Shown: positions 26,669 through 38,434 of the stretch, piece by piece
How the letters are laid out: every line of letters begins with the position of its first letter
Position numbering within the stretch: position 1 is the stretch's first letter
Origin: Oikopleura dioica
Taxonomy: Eukaryota > Animalia > Chordata
Length of the DNA: 64,000 nucleotides
NCBI GenBank assembly: GCA_907165135.1
Contig: OU015569.1
Span: 4,464,001-4,528,000, forward strand
Direction of reading: 5' to 3'
Position numbers and translations under genes: made by a program
The notes under the pieces: model-generated
Told to the model about the DNA's origin: nothing
Seen by the model: only the letters and a program-made list of their open reading frames with translations
Databases searched by the model: none

Positions 26669-27636
26669 GAAGAAGACCATCAAGAAACACCTGAAGATCT
26701 AAAAGTTTTATTGTCTGACTTGACTTCTGTCCACTGCCCTTTTGAAAACTACATTTCATACACTACTAACTGTACTTGAATTTTCCACTTTTATTCTTTT
26801 CTGAAAACATTTATTAATTAAATTATTTCCAAAATTTATTTTCCATTATTACTCCTGATCCTGCTTAATATCCGTGAAGAATCCTTAATACATTACGATC
26901 ACAGTCCTGATCAGTAACTGAACAATTGCTTCGGTGTCAAAACTGTCAATAATTCCTTCGATAATTGGACGAGCATCAGCTTTCTTTCATCACTGAATTT
27001 GAGAAAATACCATTAAGAGTTTAAACTACAGTTTGGGTTACTCAATCATCAGCTGTTAAAATGTCCGTATGACTAAGTTAATACTTTATAAACTCTTAGA
27101 GAGCTTCTTTAGCAGGAAAACATTTTGTCTAAGAGAGTATCCATAGGTGAGGAAAATATTCTTGCGAGCTTCCTTCGATATTTCTTATTGATGAGATTAG
27201 CAGTTTACATATACCAATGTTTATGCGATCTAGCATGTTATCAATTATTTATCTAAAAGAGTAGACTCGAGTGATTATTGCATGATCCACTTACTTAAAG
27301 TCTACTGTTTTTTGAGAAGAACAAACGAGATTCAGTGAAATTAGAAGTACCGACTGTTTAATAGATACATAAAGATATACCTGCCATTGATTCGAAAAGG
27401 ATTGAAATCAAGGAGGAAAATTTCGGCGATAATTGGCCGTTATTCTATGTAAAGAAGGACTCCTAGCGAAGCCAATTGCGGATTGATACAGTTGTCTGAC
27501 AGTAGACGAGTATCTCCGCTTGATCAGGTGGAAGTAAAATCAATCAGACGCCAGAATTGACTGCCGATAATTCCAGTAAATCTTTAATCAATATTTAGTT
27601 TAAAAATCAACGACGAGCACGATATTCCATCGAACA

Positions 27637-27895
27637 ATGACCCGGGCAATCTACTTTTTCTTTTTGATATGTTCCGCTGCGGTCTCCGTAAGTTTTCAGC
27701 TAGAGACTAAAATTTTCATTTTTTCAGGCTTCCGAGCACTTCCATGGTGAAAAGAGGAATTGGGCATTCGGCGATTTGATGAATCCCGACGGCTCCTTCG
27801 CCTTCGACAGTAAACGCAGCTTCGAACCCAGCTTTCGAATGCACAAACGGAACACTCCAATAGGAAGTGCCTGGCGAAATTGGCTTGATAAATAG
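27637..27895 (+). CDS. Putative neuropeptide/peptide-hormone precursor A (72 aa, two exons)
   Basis: Exon 1 27637..27687 MTRAIYFFFLICSAAVS; GTAAGT...TTTTCAG intron 27688..27727; exon 2 ASEHFHGE-KR-NWAFGDLMNPDGSFAFDS-KR-SFEPSFRMH-KR-NTPIGSAWRNWLDK*. Confidence 0.8.
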
Positions 27896-28698
27896 TTTTC
27901 GTTCATTGTTGATAAATTATAATTATTCGCATGGGAACATTTATCATTAGAATTCTTCTCTAACAACTCATTAATTTGTGTTTTCTCTCATTTCGTTAAT
28001 TTTAATTATTGTAGGAATTGAGAGGGTATTTTGGAGCAACTCATATGCCCCAAGAGTTTGACCATGACTTGGATTTAGATGACGTTAAATCTATGCTAAC
28101 TGCTGCCAAGGGTCCTAAAACTATTCGAATTTAATTAGACTAAGAAATCAATAAGGACCTGTAATCAGCGTTTAAGTCATTCATCCAGCCTTACAAAGCG
28201 GGGAATGATGGACAGAAACTTTGACCTTCGTCTGTTGGATCCTCTAGCCATTCAAGAACTCTCCAAGAATCGCTGACTCAGCTTCCTTCTATATCGACCT
28301 TTTCGGACAATTTATCTTTTTGTTTTTTCTTTATTCTCCACGCAATAAAGCTGTAAAAGGCTAATCGTCTGCAATTTTTTCAGCAAAATCGCATTTAGAA
28401 ATTAATTAAAACGGAACCGCAACGTCAGAAAATCAGACAGAGTTTGAATCAATCACCTGATAAATCTGAATAACACGACAGCAGGACGTAACGACAACTT
28501 TAGAATGCGCCCAGTTGAACATTAAACTTATGTTTTACACAAAATTATTTCTTCTTTATCGGATACACAAGGTCTATTCGAGCGCTTACGCTATCTCCAA
28601 ACTTGTTGTTCAAGTGAAATTGACTGATTTCTCTAATCAAATATTAGTCCACGCATCAATGGATGCGGTAATTGTCTTCGGAAGGCCTTAAAAGTATG

Positions 28699-28755
28699 GG
28701 GCCCATATTAATAATATCATATTAATATGGTATTAATAATGTGATATAATGGGCT
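28699..28755. repeat. AT-rich short tandem/inverted repeat (CATATTAATA units)
   Basis: CCATATTAATA (28703) pairs with TATTAATATGG (28720..28730); outer GCCCAT...ATGGGC. Confidence 0.55.
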
Positions 28756-29194
28756 CTGAAAATCGAATACGAAGTATGCCATGAGAACTCACGTTTACTG
28801 TCACGGTAAACATGGCGCGTTCTCATATTTACTACAAACGTGAAGGTCTTATTGCAATATCATCACTTGCTTGTGCGCTGCTTGCTGAAGCCTACAGCAA
28901 AATCATGAGTAGTACTATCAATACTCAATTAGTTTTCAGTTACGTTTACTACTCAAAGTCTTCCATTCAATATTTTTAATTAGACAAAAAGCTATTGCAC
29001 CTAAAGTAAGAAACGAAAATGTGAAAAGATGGAAATTTATTTGTACAGCGTTTTTTCATAATAGCACCGTAGAGAGAAAGCTTGAAAATATTATTTCATC
29101 TTCATCGGTGCTCATAATATATTCAAATATTATGCACTTGTCATATTTTATACAGAAGTAGCAGGGTCGAAATGGGAATAAGATGTTTGTCTTT

Positions 29195-32100
29195 TTAAAC
29201 GTGACAGCAGACTTTATGCTCATCACACAGCTTTTCGGATTGTGAAAGAGCCCATCGATAGGTTTCTACTGGACCAGCTGCAGGTGGAAGAGGTGCAGCC
29301 AAGATCAATTCCCGAGGACACAAGTAGCGTACTTTGTAATCGTCGCATTTGTATCCAATTGTCTGAAGAAGAATGTTAGGTATTTACAAGGAACGCACTT
29401 GTTCAAGCTAAAAATCCGCCTATCTACTCGCTCGGGATAACGAACCTGGTCACTGTCTTCACAAACAAGACCCTTCTTGGGCGAAAAGAACTTGAAAACA
29501 TCGCCAGTGCTCAGAGCATCGACGCCGTCAATGGCTCGCACAGCTTCAATTGCAACAGGATTCGCGCAAATGTCTGCGGTCGCTCGTGCTCGCTAAGAAA
29601 GAAAAAGAATAAAATCAGAATTCTCAACCACAAAATACCATGAGACTCTCATTGTCTCCGTGGAGGTCGTCATCAAGCGATGGGGAATCGGAATTGTACC
29701 ATCCAGTCCAAGCATAATCGTCAAAACTAAACTCGGGATCGTCTTGCTCTTCGATCAATGTAGCGATGCTGGAAATGACTTTGGTTGATTCAGAGTCGTA
29801 AGCGACGACGATGTCCATCTCGAGTTCAAGGTCAAACTCTTCATTCGGGCAGAAGAATCGCACTTTGTAGTCTGAGCATATTCCGCTAGGTTGATCTTCG
29901 CCACGACAAAGAAGACCACGAACGGGGTCGAGGGTTGCGAAAACATCGCCCGTCTCGCCAGCCGGTGTGTTATCGTTGACAGTTTGGGCCTGAATGTAGA
30001 TCGGATTTTCACAAATCTCTGCCGGTCGCAATTTTCGGAGGTCCTTCATAAGCTCGGAGTCAGTTCCGGAAATTGGGTTGGAAGTGTCCATCCAGTTTGT
30101 CCATCGACCTCGATCTAGACAAGCAGGTGGCACGTCACTGTGGCTGATTCCTCCAGCAGGACACATGAATCGCACTAAACAGATTTTACTATGTTTTCGA
30201 AAATACTTCAATTTAAAAAAAAATCAAGCTTTTACGAGAGTTAGTGCTAAGAGTGATAAGATGAATGATGTAACTCACTTTGGATGCGGCCAGCCTCGAG
30301 AACGCGAGCCTCCGAGCTGATGGCGTTCAAACAAACTCCTGTCGGTCGCTCGCGATGTAGAACGTCGAGGTCCAAACTTGGCGGGTTTCCACTAGCAGGA
30401 AGCCATGCTGTCCAGACCCCCGAATCAGGCACACCGCTGATGTCATCTGAATTGCGGTAAGGCTGTTTCCAGGCACTCAAATCGAGGGAGTGAATTTCGG
30501 AGCAAGGAACTCGCGGATTCGCGTTTCGGTTTGGCGAGCTCATTGAGTCATCTTCTTCGGTGGCGAAGAAGAAGGGAAGGCGTTGAATTGAATCCGTGTC
30601 AGTACACGTGCACATGAGAGAAGATAGCGTTATCTTTCGAAGCTCGGTAAGTTGTTCTGGTGTGAACGTCGTTTCGCAACCGCCATTTTCGAAGTAGAAT
30701 CTATCTCCGACCTTCAAGTCTCTAAATTGCGCCGCCATCATATGCGCAAAAGTGGGTCCAACGGCGCCACCGGAAACAGGTGTCTCGGCAAGCCCGCCAA
30801 CGTACAGGTCGATGTCATCTACGTGGTCGTAGAGACCTGACAAGGTGTGTCGCATGTCCGCAGGGATTTCCAAAAGCTCGTCGAAATGCGCCGCTCGTTG
30901 GAGCCCGAAAAATTCGCGGTAATCGTTATATCCTCGAAGGCCGTGATCTCGACCACGTTGGATATTGATGGCGAGGAGATCTTTTCCGTACTTGTCCGCT
31001 TCTGCAAAGAGGAATTCTTTCATAGAAGTTGGGAAGGTCGTGTCAGCCATAAGACTGGGATCGACGACGAGACCACGAAGGACAGGTTCGACTTGAGAGC
31101 CGTTTTGGTTGACGTATTCAAGAGGATTGAACAAGAAAGCCTTCATTTCAAGCGGTGACTGTTGATCAGTCCAATCGTTTGATGGACGAGAGAGCTGGTC
31201 GAAAATCATCGAATGTCCGAAACGGAAAGCTGCTGTGGTAAATTCATTCGCAACAGAAGCGTCAACAGAAGCATCGTAACCGTAGAAGTAGCCAGAACTT
31301 GCAAGGTCGAGATTGTAACGTTTTGTAAACTTCTTGCCGAGCATAGCAGGAAGATACTCGTTGTAGGTAATGATTTGATGCATCGCCGCTGAAAATAAAA
31401 TAAAAATATTTGATCGGCCTCTAAGACGCGAAGAATCTATCTTTATAGTGAAATTTTACCGATAATGAGTCTTGTTTCGTTGAAGACTGTGTCAGAAGTC
31501 CAATGAGGATTTAACGCTTTTAGTTCTCTCGCGATTCGATTATGCTCTCGCATGAAGAGCGTATGCATTGAGGCCAATCCCAAGTTTTCGTTAATTCGGC
31601 TTTAAAATTGTTTCAATAATTTAACCAAGAGATAAGGGACTTACGTATCACCGGCCAAAAAGCAATTTTCCTTTCCTTTTGCAAGCTTGAAGGGGCATGC
31701 AAAGCCTTTGGGACTGTTCTCTTCGAATATTTCGAATTTAGGCAGCTGCTCGAATTCGCCATGTTCTGGTGACTTTGGCTTGTCAGCTTTTAACTCGCCC
31801 GCCTCAGATTCCGGGTCTCGGATGCTCTCAGCTAGCTCCGCCGAAGTTCCGTAAACTGTCGTTCCATCAATGTAACTCGAGATCTGATTCAGCTGCTGTC
31901 TAGTGTACACGTCGCAATCTTTGCTCGGTGTTGGGAGACTTCTTTCGAGAGAGTGGCAAGTTTTTCCTTCGATGGTGAATTGGATATCATCCTCGGCGAG
32001 TGGTATATTAATGCATTCAGGATGTGGATTTTCGCAGTTGCAGTCCAGCTCTTTTCCATCGCTTCCTATAAAAATATTTTGGTTATCTGATTTGTATTGT

Positions 32101-34750
32101 TATTATTTTTCAATACACGTTGAACAATAAAATAGACTTACCTTTGACAACTGGAGTATGAACTATGTCATGAATAATGAACTGTCCCCATTGTGTGAAC
32201 ATGTGCGTCAGTTCCACACTTTTGGCTGCTTGTGAGTTCTGAATCTTGTTGGAAACAACTCTAGCTGGTGGAAGGTCACCGCCCTCAACGCTTTTCCTTT
32301 TTTGTGTTTCAAAAACATCAATAATTGAAAAAGAGCTTGCCGAAAACGTGCAAACTTGATCTTGAAAGTATGAATTTTCGATGAATTTAAAACACGTTCC
32401 TGATTGTTTCCTGCTCGTCGTCGTAATTGGCGTTGAGAAGGCGTTTCAGGGGTTGATGTGATTGACCGCGAGTGGGGTCGATTCTGTTGTTGCACGATCC
32501 GTCGTAAGAGGGGTATCGCTGGTCAGAAACAGCCGGACAATCCGCAGCGGTCATTTTCGTTGGGCAGAAGTCATCTTCTGACGATGTGCTTTTCGCCATC
32601 ATCATGACACCTTTCAGTCTGTCCATTGCCTTCTTCTTTTCCCACTTTGCTTGAATGCTAGCTGCTTTTTCTGAAGCTTCATTAAAAGCAGAGTGGGCAG
32701 ATTGGGCAGACGATCGACCACTCGCTAAGTACCGTCCAGCAACTTGGGGTTGCTCACTTGAAGATTTCATTCGTGGAATCTCGTCGTTTATTTCAGCCAA
32801 CATTGCTTGTATCTTCTCATAGGCGGACTGTAACTTTAAGGCGCCAGGAGAGGCACTCTGTAGAGCCGCATGAGCGCTGCTTTCCGCCTGAAAACAGTAT
32901 GTTTAATTCTCGAAGACAAATGGGGTTAAGCATTATTTGTCGTCAAATTTGCAAATATTATGAAATAACTGAAACTTTATTTTTACATGCGTCTAGTCCG
33001 AAATTCATGTTTCAATACTAAATAAGCGTGGCCTCAGAAATCGAGGCTGGGTGTTAATTAATTAGTTTGCCGTTATAGGAAACAAGAACTTAATAAAAAT
33101 ATGAACTTTATTTTAGAAATATGCCCGATCTTATACGGAGCGGTAATGCACTTTGCAAATGAATATTTGCACCGATAGCGGAGGCCTTAACCCTGTCTGT
33201 TTAGGTTTGGCTTACGTGTGCCCTAAACCGCTCGGTAGTACTGTCTTGAAAATACAGCACGGCAACGTGGTCATGATAATTAGGGTTCCGCACGATTCGG
33301 ACAGAGACTTTATATTTACCAAAATTTTTAAATTCTACTAAAAATGACTAGTAGAATCCTTATCCAATCCTAGTTTCCCCCCAAAGCCATTTCTTTGGTT
33401 ATTTTAAAGCTATTTAAAAATATAAAGTTTAAAAGGCTTATGCGCTCTGATTGGTCAGCTGCGCAAGCGACTTTTTCTAGACTGAAGATTCTTCCATCTG
33501 AACAACACAGTCAGAAATCATTACAGTGATGGATATTACGAGCGCAGGCCCACACTGCTCTACAAGGTACAAATCTTGAGCAAGTTTTAAATTTGAATCA
33601 TTCATCACGGAATTCATATTTAGTTACAAGATAAACAGGTTAAGTACAGTCGTAATTCGTTTATCCTTGAGATAAACTCGTTCATATTTCTGCGCATAGT
33701 ATCGATAATTAATCTACTATGCTTTCATCAGAATAATTAATTCTGATTATGTTTCTTCGCCATAGTCGAAAACCTCTATCCTATTTTAAACCTCAAAATT
33801 TCTTATAGTTAATTTTGGTTTTTGAAATTTGGGTCCTCCGATCGTGCGGAACCCTAATGATAATTAATCTTCTTTATAATCGGTAATTACTTGTAAGGAT
33901 TACGTATGAGACTTGACGAGTCAACAGTCTTGGCAGGGTGTAATTTCCTAATCTGACCCCACATAGCGGAAAATCATGCTCATTAAATCCAGCATCACAA
34001 TAGGCTGTTAGAGCGCGTCAGAAATAGTTACTTTCAACTTAGATTATGGCCGAACAAAGCTCATAAACCCATAAATCGACGCCGTAAAACACTGATGACG
34101 CGGAAGCATAGGATTATCGCAGAAAACTCTGGAAAGGAGGACTGTGTCTTAATTAAAAGATAAAGATTTAGGAGACTGTTGTCATTACACGTCTTTTTAC
34201 GCAGTAGCGTGATGAGGGGCGTAGTTTTAATCAGTAGTAAAATCACGAATCAAGAATCTTCGACCAAATAAATTAAGAAATTCAAATGATTTGACTCCAA
34301 TCTTCATTCAACTAATCATTATTTAGAAAAGGTTCTAAACGAAATAAAGTTCCATAATTGTTGGCAACGTGAAGTAGGGTTCTTTCGATAACGAGAAAAA
34401 ATAACATAAGAGGTGGCGTTCGACCAGTGCTCATTTAGGCTGAGTCAGTTTAGCTAAACATTTGTGTAATCCTCACGTTTAATTTATTTTTGAGTTATTC
34501 TTTCATTATTCCACTGTGCTTGAATTTTGCTTTTGATTAAATTGGATCCATTTTATTGGCAATAAAACGATTTCAAAAATCAGTTTTCTTGTAGAAAAAG
34601 CTCTAGGTAAATAATAAAAAAAATATGAAGGATCTTTTGAATATTTTATAGAATCAGATATTGAATAAAACGCCGTAGGGTTCCTCGATAATCCGCCGAA
34701 ATTACCGTTGAGCTGGCGGAAGCAAGTGTGAATAGAACACCGAGCTTCAT
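29195..34750 (-). CDS. Secreted animal haem peroxidase (MPO/TPO/peroxidasin family) with three C-terminal WxxW repeats; first exon tentative
   Basis: YDGSCNN; QWGQFIIHD; [11 protein letters not shown]; FMREHNRIA; AAFRFGHS; [10 protein letters not shown]; WxxW units WTAW, WTNW and WTGW ending in VRF/YxCP. Probable signal-peptide exon [14 protein letters not shown] at 34750; core exons 29195..32888. Confidence 0.92.
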
Positions 34751-35554
34751 GTGTCTGCAATAAAGGCGCTTCTTCTTTCTTTTCTTGGTTGTTGATGCAC
34801 TCTCTGTTCGAAAAATATAAGGAAACGGTCTCAAGTGGACTAAGATTGAGCTGCTATTATGAGTGCATCTATAAAAATGAACGCTGAGCTGGCCCGCGCA
34901 TAGCTCCACCTAGAAATGGTGCTCTGAACCAGCACCGCGCCTACACGAACAAGGGAGAGGGATCGTTTTCAGAGTGCAGAACTGACGTCAACCTGTCATA
35001 ATGAGGATTCCGCTCCGAGGTGGGAATTATCAAAATTGCATAAATTCCGGCGACTCACCTGAAAAAAAGGAAAATATCTTTTTAAATAATCTGACGGGGA
35101 ATCTACATTTTGACTATAGAAAATCATTCTAAGAATTTAACAACGTGAGTGTTTAGGAAAATCTACTGTTGCTTGGAAATTCAAATTTTAAAAGTGTCTC
35201 TAGAATTCGAGCAATTGAAAGTGCTCAGTTTACCATTTTGATGAGTTTGCTGGTTCTTATGCAGAAGAATATTCAATCTTAGGTCGACTCTATGTAATTG
35301 CGCGAAATTATTGCTGATGTATGATTCTGAAAAGGAAATTCTAACTCAGAGAGTGGTTTTTTTGGAGTGAATAATTGAGCAGAACCTTGTGCGTTCAGCA
35401 ATTTTGGAAAGCCAGGACAGAAGTAGTGGCATTAATATCTCAAATGGAATGTTAGTTGAAATAAATATTCAGAGCATCTTATTTTAAAAGGCCATTGCCC
35501 TCGACTATTCTTCGAATCAATTTTGAACGACAAGAAACGAGAGACGTAAAAAAA

Positions 35555-35973
35555 ATGAGACTTGCTTATATTTGTAATGCACTGGCGTTGGTGACTGCAA
35601 GGTTTGCGTCCTTTCTTAACTAATTAATTTTACTCGCCTGAATTGAATCCGGAATAAATTTGTCTATTTTCCTCACAGTTAAACTATTTTCAGCATGGGA
35701 AACGATTGGAACTGGCGTCCAAAACGTGCAGCCTCGCCCAGCATCGGCGAGTTTATGCGCGCTCGGCGGAACTTCCTTGAGCAGCTTAACTTTCCAGTAC
35801 CACAACGTCGCCAATTCTCGCCTGATTGGACTGGAGGATTCGCACGGCAAGCGCGTTACCGACTACCCACTGGCTATGGCCGTGGAACTCACCTGCGCAA
35901 ACGGGCCTTTCCCACAGTCAGCCTCCCGGTGCTGGAGGCACTGGCACGTCGCTCCTGGTACTCGGGAATCTGA
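35555..35973 (+). CDS. Putative neuropeptide/peptide-hormone precursor B (108 aa, two exons)
   Basis: Exon 1 35555..35601 MRLAYICNALALVTA(S); GT-AG intron 35602..35693; exon 2 in frame with the 35695..35973 ORF, with KR, RR, RR, GR, RKR and RR sites. Confidence 0.75.
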
Positions 35974-36673
35974 ATGTCCTGAGTCAGGACTCCTGATAAA
36001 CATGTTGCTGTCCGAAATTGGTCATATTTATGGAATAAAGAGAGAAAAAATGAAGTCTTCACTTTATCAATTACAATAGTTAATTGTAATAACTGTAAGT
36101 TAGTTGCAAATTGTAAGGTCATCTAAGAATCGGAAGACTTCTATTAGCTGCTCATACTAGAGAGAAAGAGAGATTTTTCTGTAAATTATTTATTTTATGA
36201 ATATATTTCTGTAAAAAATGATCTTTAAATTTGCACCAGTTTGTCGATCGGACGAGGCCAATCAGTCAAGAAATGGAGAGAGCTCATTTTGTACAGAAGG
36301 GATTGTTAAACTGAGTCACTTGTGGTAGGGTCTTTAACTTGTTCAACTACCAGATCGTCACACTTTGTTTCTTGCGCATTTTGGAATTTGTACAAAGACG
36401 TTGACAACAACGATGAGAGTAGCTAAGCAGAAGTAGAATGTGGAAAGAAGCTGGCAGTTCGATGATGGAATTATTTAAGAGGTGTTGAATGAATGTTGAA
36501 TGAGCTATGAGGAACGTTTACAGGTCACATAAAACTAATTCATAAAAACGGGAATTTATAAAAGCTTGAAAATTTTTTTAGATGGAATCATCATTTTTTA
36601 AATAGATAATCGACTTTCAAGATTTTATGAATTCTAGTTTTTATAAAAATAGAATTTAATAATGGAGATGTTT

Positions 36674-38434
36674 TTAGTGGCAGCCACAGTCGACAATGAT
36701 CGCGTCCATCATCGTGTGATGCTTCATCGGCTCTTTGGGGTTGTTGTGGTAGGCTATTCCTATAGATGCATTCTCGTAGCTCTTGGGGAAGCACTGCGCG
36801 GGGATGATGGATCGGCTGAAGTCGGTGCTGGCCTTTTCGTTGGCGTGGGCGAAGTGCTCCTTGATGTTTCTGTAGCTGAAGATATGATCCCGCGCGCTGC
36901 TTTTCGACTGGTTGTCGTAGTCCTCCGTGCACTGTTGCTGTGAGATGGAGCGCAAGTGGAGCACGCGCTCATCGTACGGCTGCCTGCTGTTCTTCTGCTG
37001 CTTCGGGTGCATTTTGTGCTGGGGGTTGATGCACGTACCAACGTTGATGATGCTCGGCTCGACGGTGACGCTCTGGTACATTTCGGAAATGTCGACGACG
37101 AGCTCGTACCGGCGACAGCTGGGAGCGGACCAACTCCTCGAAGTATCTCGTCTGGCGCGTGCGTGCTGAATAGCTCTAGTGGATCGTCTGCTGCGGATTT
37201 TTCGCGCACATGAGCTTTTTGAATCGAATTCGAAATACAAATCATCCACAGGCTTGTATTCGGCAACAGCGTCGTGATACTCGGGCATCGAGCGCAGCAG
37301 CTGACTCTTTGCGCGCTCGAGCTTTCTTGTATGTACTTCTGCGTAAGCTCTGAAGTTATTCGTTTATTAAACTGTTCATAGCTGATAATAGTGGAATTAC
37401 CTTTTAGGGTTGTTTGTGTATTGCTTGAAGTTTGAAACTCTCATCGAGCCAAGCTGACTGAGAGGCTTGTCGTCCAAAAGAAACTGGATTTCGATGTCTA
37501 GCTCGAGGCGTTCAGTATACTAAAAAACAGTTATGAGCTTGAAGTAATAAGAAAATCATAGTTTCGACGAAAACATTAAATAAGCAAGAAACAAGTTCTT
37601 GTGCACTTACAAGTTTGATAAGGTCGGTCGGGACAGTGAGACGGGCGTTGCACATGTTCTTGAACTGCTTGTTTGTGAGTTGAAATCGCACAGCCCAAGT
37701 TGTTCCGCTTCCGAAGTCGACTAAAAGAAAAATTGGCTTGGTGATTTGGAAGAGCGGAAGGAGGCGAAGAAAGTGTGTATCGCGGTTATTGAGCGTAAAA
37801 GAGGAATGTCCGGGAAGCGATAAAATCCAGAGAGAGAAAGTGCGCCAATACACAAATTGTATTCTAGCTTTCACTGATAAAACTCAGAGATAGCGGAAAT
37901 CCCTCCCGGAAATCGCTCTTTCATGCGCCAATTCTCCAAATACACAAAAATCTAATCCAGACTTACAAATTGAAAAGTACTTTCGATAATCTAAAGCCGA
38001 TTTAGTCTGTTGCCTAAATATACTAATTCTTATCTTAATTTAAGTTTACTTTGCTTGACCCTGAAAATCAAGGGCAACATTGACCTTGCTATTATTTTCA
38101 TGGAAAACAATAGGAAGATCGAAAAATTTAGACAGAGATAAAATCTGACCGTTGGAAAATACTATTTGAGGTTAATAAAAAATGCAATTTTAAAGTTAAA
38201 TATTAAGAAAAGAGATGATTTTTAGCTTTCAAAATGAGTTTTGAATAAATTTGGTAAGATAACAAGCAAAGAAAAAATCTTTAAAGAAATAAACGTGTGG
38301 AATAAATAGATTTTATAGGAGTGAATTTTCTTACCTTTGGGAGTGATTTTCTCTGAGTATGATTTCGATGGTGCGCTTCCTACAGGAGAACCTCTCACGA
38401 TAACCAGGATCAACAAGAGTATGGTTGGTGTCAT
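36674..38434 (-). CDS. Divergent TGF-beta superfamily ligand
   Basis: Signal peptide MTPTILLLILVIVRG (38434); prodomain exons; furin sites RSRR and RARR; mature domain CRRYELVVD...INVGTC...CFPKSY...DAIIVDCGCH*. Confidence 0.85.

Noticed and set aside
27365-27466. Possible third peptide-precursor exon (IHKDIPAIDSKR...KK)
   Set aside because: No convincing signal-peptide exon or donor upstream, and only one KR site.
27724-27966. 80-aa minus-strand ORF
   Set aside because: Antisense to the better-supported spliced peptide precursor on the plus strand.
35660-36079. 139-aa plus-strand ORF
   Set aside because: Non-ATG start inside the predicted intron; the overlapping frame joins the signal exon in phase.
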